DNA of 64,000 nucleotides from a virus (Duplodnaviria; Caudoviricetes): IMG/VR virus record IMGVR_UViG_3300032227_001172, positions 96,001 to 160,000 of that record; one strand, 5' to 3'. Shown piece by piece: positions 1 to 9,102 of this stretch (position 1 is its first letter; each line of letters starts with the position of its first letter). The notes under the pieces were generated by a model. It saw only the letters and a program-made list of their open reading frames with translations, ran no database searches and was not told where the DNA came from. The position numbers and the translations under genes were made by a program.

Positions 1-3000
1 TGTTCGTAGCTGTCGTAAATTCTTCACGTCCGAAGCTAACCCTCTTCTCTCATTCTTACTTAATGATTTACTATTAGATAGACCGAGATTAATTGGAGCA
101 GCGTCTGTGAAATATTTTTCTAGTGTATCTTTTGGTTGTGATGATCCTCCAGCTGCAAACTTTACTCTACCACCGTTATTAAATTTATTAGGATTTTCAG
201 TAAAATATCTCTCGAACTCAGTTCTTGCTTTTTCAAAAGAACTACCATCTAGTGTTCTTTTAACTTCTGTTTCTATATTAGGTGGAAGATGAAATAAAGA
301 AGATGCGTTTCCGAGTCCATCAGGAAAATCTATGGCCCTATTACTTTCCAAAGTATCAATATTTAATCGATATCCTAATTTTTGAGCTAATGCCTGCTCT
401 AATAAGGCCCCCTCAATATTGCCTTCTCCAGTTTTAGTATACATTTTTGTATCGTCAAAAGATTCTGGTTCTTTATATCGATATGTATCAATTCCTCTTT
501 TTTTTGCTACTTTAATATTGTCTTCATTATCATCAATAAATCTTTCAAAAGCTGCTAAATTATCTGCTTTTGCTTTAGCAATATTAGTTCCTAATCCTTG
601 ACTAACCCCGGTAACATCTGAAGTTTGATATGGTAGTCCGAATCTATTTAATGTTGTAGCAACTAGATCAGCTGTGCTCTGTGGTCTGGCTGTTAATACT
701 CTAGTAAATCTTCTAACGATTCCAGGATTTTTTTTCTCGACCTCGGCTAATCTTTGTGCAAGTCTTGTCGGTTTGGCTTGAGCTAAGCTATCCGCTACTT
801 TATCTCTTATAGAATAACTAGGAAGATCCTCTGCTCCGGTCTTATCAACCATTTTTGTACCAAATGCTAATGTTTCATCAAAATCTATAGCTAATGGTCT
901 AAAAGGTCCAACTATTTGTTTGTCTGTCTGACCAAGTGGCCCCAAAGCTTCAGTAGCAGTAGTATCTTTAGCAAAATCTAAACTGGTTTGCCTTTGTTTT
1001 TCTCTTAGCCTTTGAACGTCTGATAAATATTCTTGACCAAACCCACGAATCATAGCAACATATTTTTGACCATCAAGTGGGCTATCTGGTCCAGTACTTA
1101 GTGTCCATTCCTTATCTTTTGCATAGCCTATTGGCTGTAATCCTGCTATAGCAACTTTCCTTATGCCTCTTATGCGATCTTCTTCATTTTTTGCTGCTGC
1201 TTTAGCTTTATTAAGAATACCAGCAACAACCAATGAATCAAGTTTACCAGAAATAATACTGTCTTTTCTAATTTTTCTTTGTAAATTTCCTGGAATACTA
1301 ATACCACGGCTTTTTATACCAGCTTCACCACCAAGATCCGACAATGTTTTTACCATAGCATCAGCTATAGCTTGTTCGATAGACTGATCTTGTTTTTTAT
1401 TTCTTAAAGCAATCTGACCAATCTCTCCATATAGTCCGACACTTGTTGTATCAGACTCTACCAAGTCTCCGTCCATGAATTTTTGAATAATTCCTCCTGT
1501 GGCTTTATTTTTAGGACGAATTGGTTTGCCTAACCCTTCTATTATTTTTTGATCATATACAACTGCCATTTGTTCATCTAAGTCTTTACCAGCTATTTTT
1601 TTGGCGCCACGTATATTCCTTTTAACCATTTCTTCTCTTATTGCTTGAGATGCTCTTTCTAGTGCTTTGTATTGAGGATCAACCTCTCCCTTCTTGCGAA
1701 GTTCAGGTTCCATTTTTTCTGCTAAATGTGCAGTCATAAATTCTACAACACTGCCGAAAGGCGCTGTCTTTAAATTTATTCCACTAGTCGGTATCTTTTT
1801 GGTTTTAAAAATATCTTGAATAGCCGGTAGAACTTTTTTAGATATTGGTGCAGATGCTTCTGGAAAACCAGATATTCCATCTTTAATTTTTACAGGATAA
1901 ATACCGCCCTTACCTCCAGTTCGCCGCATACCTCTTCTTGCATAGTCAGCAGCAAGACCTTCTTTATTTAATCCAAAATAAGCTCCAGCGCCTAGTAATC
2001 CACCGGGACTTTTAGTTACATCTAATTCCTCTAAATCATGACCGGTACCATGATAAAGTGTTTGATCAGTTACTTTACCACCCCTAGGGAATCTTTGAAC
2101 TTGTCCTCCCATTAATGTGTCTGCTATCTGATTTGGCACAAAATCTCTAGATTGTGTCCCACCAGTACCTGTCGCAGAACGAGAACTAATCTCTACAGGC
2201 CTAGGAGACCATAGTTTTTCTCTAGTCAGTATACTTTTAGCTATGTCCGCAAATCTATAAATTTGTTCATCTCTAGAAATATATCCTGGTGGCTTGGGAG
2301 GATCTGCTTTTCGCCCTACCTCTTCTTTAAAAGCTTTTCTAATTTCATTTTCTACTTTAGTAGGTATATTGGCTATGCCTTGTCTTTTGACTCTACTACT
2401 AATTTTATCAGCATTGGTTCCATATAATAAAAAAGGACTATTCAATGCTTGCTGAAAATCTGGTAATGTTATATGCCCAGAACCTTTTCTGCGCATAGCA
2501 TTATTAAAAGACTGTGGTAATGCTATAGTAAAATTAGGTAAAACTTGTATATCTTCACCATTTAAAATACTTCTAATTCTTGTACCAATCACTCTTTGTC
2601 CAGATACTCGCTCGTATTCTTGTGGGGTTACTGGCCTACCATACCTTGTAGGATCTATAGCATGCGCTCTAACAGTAGGTTCTTGCGGATCATATCTTAT
2701 AGCTGTAGCATCTTTTACTGCCCGTTGTTTTTCTTCGTCTGTACGATTATCTTGAACTATAGGATACAATCCATCTTCTGGCCTTGAGTTTCTTATGCGT
2801 GCTCTTCTACTAACGCCAGCTGCTGTATTGCTGCTTCCCGCCATAAATTTTTGAATAGACCCACCACCATTATTCATTCTAACAAGATTACCAGCACCAT
2901 ACTTTTGTACAGCGCTCTTTCTCATGACAAACTCACCAGGAGTTAGCATAGCAGGAACACTGTCAGTATTTCCGGCACCGGGTACACTGCCACCTTTTGC

Positions 3001-4596
3001 AAAATGACGAACATAGCCACCACTACTTAATCTTTGATTTTGTGCTCCTGTTCTAATACCACCAGCAAAACCTCTACCAAACTGTGTTAATGCTTGAAAA
3101 CCTTTAATAGCAAAAATAGCAGTTAGTGCCGGTAAGGCTCCTTTAACAGCATCGGCAACCGATATGAACGCGCTTGCTAAATCTAATCCTAATCTGACTA
3201 AATCTTGAAAACCTTGAGATTGTCCAATACTACGAACTAAAGCACTAAATTCTTCACGAACTTTAGCCATCTGATTAGCTAAACTAAGTTGTGCTGTAGC
3301 AGCATCTTTAGCTAATGATCCTTGTCCCTGTTGAGCAACATTTAATGCTTGTTGTGCTGTTGTAAATTGTTGAATAAGCGGAATAACTTTACCGATCTGT
3401 CTAAAACCACCAAGCTCTTCAACGATTCTGCTAAATCTGATGTCTCTAGGATCTAATGAGGATAAACCTGCTGCTAGTCTTCTAACAGCCTCATATGGTC
3501 CTACGAATTTACCTTCAAGATCTGTTAATGCTACTCCATAAGATTTAAGAGCATTAATAGTGTCTTCTCTTTGAATACGAGTAAAAATAGTTCTTAAGCC
3601 AGTAGCAATAGTTTCGGCGCTTTCACGAGTAGTAGCTCTAACGCTTGTAAATACAGCAATAAATTCATTTAGTGCGTCTGTTCCTTGGCTTACTCCCTTA
3701 CTAGCAGCAGCAAACACACCACCAGTTCTTGAAATGGCCGTAACAATATCACTAGCTTCAACAGCAAACTTAGCAGCAACAGCATTGATACTGCCCAAAG
3801 CTCCTTCTAATTGACTTGCACTAATACCAAACTGTCTCATTAATGCAATACTGCCTTCTACAGTACTATTTAGATCATCAAACGATGGAGCTAATGCCGA
3901 TCTAGCCAAAGCCTGTAAGGCTATCGATGTATCTCTAGCACTCAAACCGGCCTGCGCCAAGGTTTGTGCCACATTAATCAAATCCTGTGACGCAACACCG
4001 AGACCCGTGGATAGTTTGGTGATATTACTAACCAAAAATCCAAGACTTTGTACTGGAGTATCTGTAACCTGAGAAACTTTTACTAGCTGTTGATTAAATT
4101 GAATAAAGTCTTGAGTAGCATTAGTAATAGCATTAGATGCTTTATATATTATACCAGTAACAGTAGCAAATGCGGCAAAACGTCTAACAGCCAAGGCTGA
4201 CTGTCTACCAAACTCAGTAAATTCTGACGTAGCACCACGAGTAGCCGTTGCAGCTCTGTTATTGGCTTGTGTAGCTTGGTTAGCTCCTTGAGCAACCTGA
4301 TTCATGGTTTGCGGAATATTTTGTAAATTATTCGATAATAATCTTGCAGCGTTACCTAGTTGAGTAATAGATCTCGATGTAGTATCTGCTAAGGTTCTTG
4401 TTTGTTGCAGTGTTCTATTGAAGTCTTGAAAAGATCTACTAATAGTATTAATTTGTCTATTTGTCTGTTGATTGATCTGAACAGTAACATTAGTGTTTAT
4501 GCTACCTAGCTGGCGACGTAAATCACTAACGACCTGTCTAATATTAGACGGTCCTCGTAGATTAATTTCAGCAGTAAGATTAAATCCTCTAGCCAT
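1..4596 (-). CDS. Tape measure protein with C-terminal enzymatic cargo domains (3'-truncated, >1532 aa; not in ORF track)
   Basis: ATG at 4596 with GAGGA RBS. The frame MARGFNLTAEINLRGP... stays open to base 1. It has an Ala/Gln-rich helical TMP core, the TMP motif FAKGGSVPGAGNTDSVPAMLTPGEFV (~3003-2926), then ART-like, HAD and nuclease-like motifs. It lies after the tube and chaperone genes. Confidence 0.92.
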   Translation of the reverse strand, partial: MARGFNLTAEINLRGPSNIRQVVSDLRRQLGSINTNVTVQINQQTNRQINTISRSFQDFNRTLQQTRTLADTTSRSITQLGNAARLLSNNLQNIPQTMNQVAQGANQATQANNRAATATRGATSEFTEFGRQSALAVRRFAAFATVTGIIYKASNAITNATQDFIQFNQQLVKVSQVTDTPVQSLGFLVSNITKLSTGLGVASQDLINVAQTLAQAGLSARDTSIALQALARSALAPSFDDLNSTVEGSIALMRQFGISASQLEGALGSINAVAAKFAVEASDIVTAISRTGGVFAAASKGVSQGTDALNEFIAVFTSVRATTRESAETIATGLRTIFTRIQREDTINALKSYGVALTDLEGKFVGPYEAVRRLAAGLSSLDPRDIRFSRIVEELGGFRQIGKVIPLIQQFTTAQQALNVAQQGQGSLAKDAATAQLSLANQMAKVREEFSALVRSIGQSQGFQDLVRLGLDLASAFISVADAVKGALPALTAIFAIKGFQALTQFGRGFAGGIRTGAQNQRLSSGGYVRHFAKGGSVPGAGNTDSVPAMLTPGEFVMRKSAVQKYGAGNLVRMNNGGGSIQKFMAGSSNTAAGVSRRARIRNSRPEDGLYPIVQDNRTDEEKQRAVKDATAIRYDPQEPTVRAHAIDPTRYGRPVTPQEYERVSGQRVIGTRIRSILNGEDIQVLPNFTIALPQSFNNAMRRKGSGHITLPDFQQALNSPFLLYGTNADKISSRVKRQGIANIPTKVENEIRKAFKEEVGRKADPPKPPGYISRDEQIYRFADIAKSILTREKLWSPRPVEISSRSATGTGGTQSRDFVPNQIADTLMGGQVQRFPRGGKVTDQTLYHGTGHDLEELDVTKSPGGLLGAGAYFGLNKEGLAADYARRGMRRTGGKGGIYPVKIKDGISGFPEASAPISKKVLPAIQDIFKTKKIPTSGINLKTAPFGSVVEFMTAHLAEKMEPELRKKGEVDPQYKALERASQAIREEMVKRNIRGAKKIAGKDLDEQMAVVYDQKIIEGLGKPIRPKNKATGGIIQKFMDGDLVESDTTSVGLYGEIGQIALRNKKQDQSIEQAIADAMVKTLSDLGGEAGIKSRGISIPGNLQRKIRKDSIISGKLDSLVVAGILNKAKAAAKNEEDRIRGIRKVAIAGLQPIGYAKDKEWTLSTGPDSPLDGQKYVAMIRGFGQEYLSDVQRLREKQRQTSLDFAKDTTATEALGPLGQTDKQIVGPFRPLAIDFDETLAFGTKMVDKTGAEDLPSYSIRDKVADSLAQAKPTRLAQRLAEVEKKNPGIVRRFTRVLTARPQSTADLVATTLNRFGLPYQTSDVTGVSQGLGTNIAKAKADNLAAFERFIDDNEDNIKVAKKRGIDTYRYKEPESFDDTKMYTKTGEGNIEGALLEQALAQKLGYRLNIDTLESNRAIDFPDGLGNASSLFHLPPNIETEVKRTLDGSSFEKARTEFERYFTENPNKFNNGGRVKFAAGGSSQPKDTLEKYFTDAAPINLGLSNSKSLSKNERRGLASDVKNLRQLRT

Positions 4597-4609
4597 ATAT
4601 TATATCCTC

Positions 4610-4648
4610 AAAAAAATAACGCCATACCGAAATACAGCATGGCGCTAT
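4610..4648 (-). terminator. Intrinsic terminator immediately upstream of the tape measure gene
   Basis: Minus strand reads ATAGCGCCATGCTG-TATTT-CGGTATGGCGTTAT then a T-tract that abuts the TMP RBS. Confidence 0.75.
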
Positions 4649-4680
4649 GAAAAGAAATGAATATTGTCTTAGGAATAAGA

Positions 4681-5550
4681 TCAACTGGATGGTTCAGCCT
4701 CTTGCTTGACAGCCTCTGGTTTTGGTACTTCATTTTCTTTGGTTTCTACCTTGTCTTCAAGAACTATTGGATTACCACTATCGTCTAAAAACGGCTGACT
4801 ATCAACTACGTACTCACCATCTTTATCCACCCTGTTTCCGTCTCTATCGACAAAGTTTCCTTCTTCATCAATAAAGCGACCATTCTCATCAACCAACCGG
4901 CCTTCTGAATCAATGGTTCTACCTTTCTTGTCAATAAATCGTAAATCATCATTAACAAACTTATATTTCTTCAAAAATTTATTTTCTGGTAGATTCTTTT
5001 CAAAATTATTATCTAAACCATAAATCATATTAGCTAATTTTTGAGCACCAGCCAACGCAACAGGATCATCTATCCTGTCCATATAATCTGCCAAGTCTTT
5101 AAAGTAAGGCTTTTCAGTATCTTTATACACCACACAAGCGCTAACTAAATAATTAAATCTAGCATTATCGGCTTGTCCTTCGGCACTATGATTATCTAAA
5201 CTGGTTCTTACACTAATTAAATCTCTAATATCCAAACGGACAGACTTCATTTTTAAAGCAATTTTTTTAGCTTCTGACAGCTGAATACCGCCTTTTGCCA
5301 ATTGTTTTTCACCATCTGATAATTCTTTTTGGAGATTTTCATATTTGACTTGTTTATCTTTATTCCAAAGTCCTTGTTCTTCAAGAACGTCTTCCATCTT
5401 TGCTCTCACCACACTATTACTTTTAATAGCATCAGTAAAAGCCGTATTATAGACTTTTTGAGCTTCTCTCTGATCAGACAAGGATGGTGAACGCACCATA
5501 AATGTCTTTTCTTCTCCATTAACTTCTACTTGAAAATCCTGAGTTTTCAT
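4681..5550 (-). CDS. Putative tail assembly chaperone with C-terminal [FIV]DxxG repeats
   Basis: 289-aa ORF between tube and TMP. Call is positional. Confidence 0.5.
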   Translation of the reverse strand: MKTQDFQVEVNGEEKTFMVRSPSLSDQREAQKVYNTAFTDAIKSNSVVRAKMEDVLEEQGLWNKDKQVKYENLQKELSDGEKQLAKGGIQLSEAKKIALKMKSVRLDIRDLISVRTSLDNHSAEGQADNARFNYLVSACVVYKDTEKPYFKDLADYMDRIDDPVALAGAQKLANMIYGLDNNFEKNLPENKFLKKYKFVNDDLRFIDKKGRTIDSEGRLVDENGRFIDEEGNFVDRDGNRVDKDGEYVVDSQPFLDDSGNPIVLEDKVETKENEVPKPEAVKQEAEPSS

Positions 5551-5569
5551 ATAATACTAACCCTTTCTT

Positions 5570-5863
5570 TTAAGTCTCTTTAGGTTTACCTAAGTTATAG
5601 TAATATCTTTGTTTAACAATACCATTTCCATATTTAGAAAAATCATCTTTGAGATTCCTAATCTGTGCATTACCCTGATTCAAAATCTGATTGCGTGTAA
5701 AATCCCACATATCTGCAAAATCTTCTTCTTGTTGTGTTAATGGTCCATCTTTAAAATGACCCCATAAATTTCCAAAGTTTTTTTCAAACTTATCTAGAGC
5801 ACCAATCATTGTGGTTTGTATTCTTTTTTCCATTTGAAATTGTAACTTATCTATATTAGACAT
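5570..5863 (-). CDS. Hypothetical protein (tail assembly region)
   Basis: 97-aa ORF coupled to the upstream gene (TAATG overlap). Confidence 0.6.
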   Translation of the reverse strand: MSNIDKLQFQMEKRIQTTMIGALDKFEKNFGNLWGHFKDGPLTQQEEDFADMWDFTRNQILNQGNAQIRNLKDDFSKYGNGIVKQRYYYNLGKPKET

Positions 5864-6906
5864 TATTTTTTCCTATTTAATTCTTGTAATCGTGCCCTTA
5901 ATTCTTGTCTGACATCAGTCAACTCATGTTCTTGTACAGATTGATTATTTTGAACAGCATCTGCTCTGGTCTTAATCTTTTGTAATCCTGCAGAAGAATT
6001 CAATTCCAATATTTCTTTAGTTTGTTCCTTATCATTGCCAGATATAAAAAATACTTCTTTACTATTTTTTATTTTCTCGCTTACCATATTATCTACACCC
6101 TTTTCCTTTTTTTGTTTCAAATTTTGTCGTTTTTGTACAATCATCCATCCATCTAGAGCATCATCATCGGAGATGATATTATCATCTGGACATTCTGGAT
6201 GTTCATAAATTTTATCATACATACTACTAATATTTAATAATGCCTTCTGTTCTTCCGAATAGTATATAGAAGGATATGGAAATAAATTATGTTTACTATT
6301 AACATACATATTACGCCAATATTCACTACGAGCTATGGTTTTATATGTTGTCATATCAATACTATTTTTAGCAATTTCCTGTACAATATTATTAAATAAT
6401 ATAGAATCAATATCAGAATCTTTAAATGCTAAGTTGTCACTTTTATAATTATATAATGTGTTTTTAATAAGAAATTCATATTTAGCATTTTCAGCAAAAT
6501 TTTCTAACACTAAAAAAGAAATAGAATGAAAATCATTATTCAGCTTAGATAGGGTATGCCTAATACTCGATATGCTATTTTTATTATTTCTAATTTTTTT
6601 ACTATCTAGATATTCAGAAAATAATTTTACTTTAGCATTCTCTAATCTCAACTCATTATCTTTAACTATTTCAGTATGTAGAGAAGATATGATCTTAAAA
6701 TTGATAAGATAATGTTTTAGATCTTCTATTAGAATAAAGTCCTTATATAGATTATCTTCATAGACTTCATTATAAACCAAATCCGCCTCTAGTTTCAGGT
6801 CTAGAGACGGGGTTCTGAGTTCATACAGACTATCTTCGTATTTGATAATCTGTTTACCACTAATAATTCTATGAACTAATTGTTCTATGCTTTTGTCTTC
6901 GTTCAC
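5863..6906 (-). CDS. Hypothetical protein, possible tail assembly chaperone
   Basis: 347-aa helical ORF with GTG start, directly downstream of the tail tube gene. Confidence 0.5.
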   Translation of the reverse strand: MNEDKSIEQLVHRIISGKQIIKYEDSLYELRTPSLDLKLEADLVYNEVYEDNLYKDFILIEDLKHYLINFKIISSLHTEIVKDNELRLENAKVKLFSEYLDSKKIRNNKNSISSIRHTLSKLNNDFHSISFLVLENFAENAKYEFLIKNTLYNYKSDNLAFKDSDIDSILFNNIVQEIAKNSIDMTTYKTIARSEYWRNMYVNSKHNLFPYPSIYYSEEQKALLNISSMYDKIYEHPECPDDNIISDDDALDGWMIVQKRQNLKQKKEKGVDNMVSEKIKNSKEVFFISGNDKEQTKEILELNSSAGLQKIKTRADAVQNNQSVQEHELTDVRQELRARLQELNRKK

Positions 6907-6980
6907 TTATCAATATAATCCATCCTTTTCTTCCCACAATAATTTCTTAAACTATACCTAGCCTATCATCTCCATTAAAC

Positions 6981-8078
6981 TTAGTTTAATGGGAATGTAG
7001 TAGTAGAGACAACAGAACTATATTCGATAGCATCGTCTCTAACATTACTAGCATTTAGAGCATCGTTTGGCCCGATGTATGTAAATGTATTATAGGTAAG
7101 ATAACTATAAGTAGCAGTAGCATTACCACCACCTGTATCTCCACCGGTATAGTTAACGCTTTGTAACTTGTTCTTACTGCCTAGATCCATTACTGTGCCG
7201 TCGCAAAGAACAATCTTGATTTGTTTATCAAGAAGTGCCTTTGGATTGTCACATGAAACGTTTGTTTCACTAGCACCCACCATGTCACCAGTAGCAGCAA
7301 TAACTTCAACTTCGGTAGTAATTTCAACTGGGAAATTAACATAACGAGTATATGGAGTTCTGTCTCCAAGATTATAAATGGCTTCACGACCAAGATCCAT
7401 ACTCACAGTAATACTTTGTATCTTACTAACATTTGGAATACCACCACTAGCTGATGTTGTAGCTGGATCAGTTAGAGCGGTAACAATGGGTAGTACAGAT
7501 TCTGAGTCATTAAACATTTGTCTACGCATAATACCAGCACCACTATTTGGATTATCAGCTTGTGGTCTCTGACCAACAGAACCTAAAGCAGCCGTTGGTG
7601 CTGTTGTTAGCCATCTCTTGCTATTAGCAACTAGAGTAACCTCTTCTGTAAAATTACCTTCTGCAGGCAAGGTATATGTTACGCTACTTAGATAGGCTGG
7701 CATAATTTCACAAGCAGCAATAGCTGTGCCAGTAGCAGAGATATCTGTATCTGAATGAATTGTTAGTCTTACGCCACATCTGTGATTAGCTAGACTAGCA
7801 AGTGTGCCAGTTCCCATGGTCATAGAATATAGGGTTGGCTGACCATCTAATACTTTATTTAGGGTTACCTCAACGTCGGGAATATCTTCATAGTTATCAT
7901 ATAGATCAAGCTGACCTAGCTGATATACTGGATCGAGATTAAAATTGGTATTAATACCAACACTTTGTAAACCCTGAACAACATTAAATGCTGTATTTTC
8001 TGAGGTTCCGGTTAAACCAGATGGTCCGTTGAGCTGAACAGACTGACAAGCGTAATAAACTCTATTATTGTTGGCCAT
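6981..8078 (-). CDS. Major tail tube protein
   Basis: 365 aa, beta-rich, two internally similar halves (VQGLQSVGINTNFNLDPVYQLG / SKIQSITVSMDLGREAIYNLG). GGAGA RBS, higher GC like the capsid gene, typical position. Confidence 0.75.
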   Translation of the reverse strand: MANNNRVYYACQSVQLNGPSGLTGTSENTAFNVVQGLQSVGINTNFNLDPVYQLGQLDLYDNYEDIPDVEVTLNKVLDGQPTLYSMTMGTGTLASLANHRCGVRLTIHSDTDISATGTAIAACEIMPAYLSSVTYTLPAEGNFTEEVTLVANSKRWLTTAPTAALGSVGQRPQADNPNSGAGIMRRQMFNDSESVLPIVTALTDPATTSASGGIPNVSKIQSITVSMDLGREAIYNLGDRTPYTRYVNFPVEITTEVEVIAATGDMVGASETNVSCDNPKALLDKQIKIVLCDGTVMDLGSKNKLQSVNYTGGDTGGGNATATYSYLTYNTFTYIGPNDALNASNVRDDAIEYSSVVSTTTFPLN

Positions 8079-8130
8079 ATGAAATCTCCGAAATGAGTGG
8101 TAAAACTATGTTTTATGAGAGATAAAAATT

Positions 8131-9102
8131 TTATATTATTGTTTCCGACGTTAATCTAATTGTACACCAATATAAATTTTTATTTAGGCTTTCCATGTTC
8201 AAAATATCTACATTCTTGATATAGGTCTTATTCCAAAAATATTGTTTAATTAAATTATCATATAATAATCCACTAATATTGACTGATCCACGATAATCTA
8301 TTGGATAAACTCCACTTTTGACAACTTTATTTAAATCATAAAGCTCTAGGGTTCGTTCTTTCTGTAATCTAATAATATCGGCTAGTCTATTTTTATCCGA
8401 AGCACTTTCAGCCAATACATGTAACATAAAATCTTGTCCAACAATCATAGAATCGCTACCTAATTGCCATGGATTAGAATAGCTATTAGAAGCTGGCTCT
8501 ATAATAATACACGGCATTTGTGCTCTATGATTAGCTCCAAGATTATAATCTCCTTTATCTATTTGATTGATTTGGGGAGATGGCTGATAAGCTAATTCTT
8601 GTAGTTGTTTGATATATGGATCAGAACTGAACTTATAAACCTGACACCATCTATAGGCATAATTTAATTCTAATTTTGTGGTTTTTGGTAAGGGTTTATC
8701 AAAAATAATCTGACCTAATGGATAATTAATATAATAACCGGTTGTTGCTATGCCTGTTGGTCCAGGTACAAATACACTGTTGATAAATACTCCTGAGATA
8801 TTTTTAGGACTATAATTATTAGTCCCGTCATTATATACGCATCCACTTTCCCATACCCAATCCTTTTTTGGTCCTTGCCAAACCTGTCCTGCTCGATATC
8901 CTTGTACTTCGACAGTTTTCAATTGATGAAAAGTACCACCATATAAACCACTGGTTGGAATATTTACATTAATAAAACCGCCAATATTTAAAAATCCCCA
9001 ATCTAAATATGCTTTTAGATTTTCTTCGACTTCGTTGATTAGATTATTTTCAGTTAATTGAGAAACACCTTTGAATGCGGTGTATTGAGAGCAGCTGCTC
9101 AT
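8131..9102 (-). CDS. Putative tail terminator/completion protein
   Basis: 323 aa directly before the tube gene, with a PCIIIE...FMLHVLAE pattern. Mostly positional. Confidence 0.5.
   Translation of the reverse strand: MSSCSQYTAFKGVSQLTENNLINEVEENLKAYLDWGFLNIGGFINVNIPTSGLYGGTFHQLKTVEVQGYRAGQVWQGPKKDWVWESGCVYNDGTNNYSPKNISGVFINSVFVPGPTGIATTGYYINYPLGQIIFDKPLPKTTKLELNYAYRWCQVYKFSSDPYIKQLQELAYQPSPQINQIDKGDYNLGANHRAQMPCIIIEPASNSYSNPWQLGSDSMIVGQDFMLHVLAESASDKNRLADIIRLQKERTLELYDLNKVVKSGVYPIDYRGSVNISGLLYDNLIKQYFWNKTYIKNVDILNMESLNKNLYWCTIRLTSETII

Noticed and set aside
107-2787. Four short plus-strand ORFs in the first 3 kb
   Set aside because: They are antisense shadows of the continuous minus-strand TMP frame.
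5124-5131. GGTGTATA match inside 4681..5550 as a TMP promoter
   Set aside because: It is mid-gene, ~530 nt from the next start and upstream of the terminator; likely a chance match.
4681-6906. Programmed -1 frameshift (G/GT-type tail chaperones)
   Set aside because: The three ORFs have their own starts and stops, and I saw no convincing slippery heptamer at the junctions. Not exhaustively excluded.
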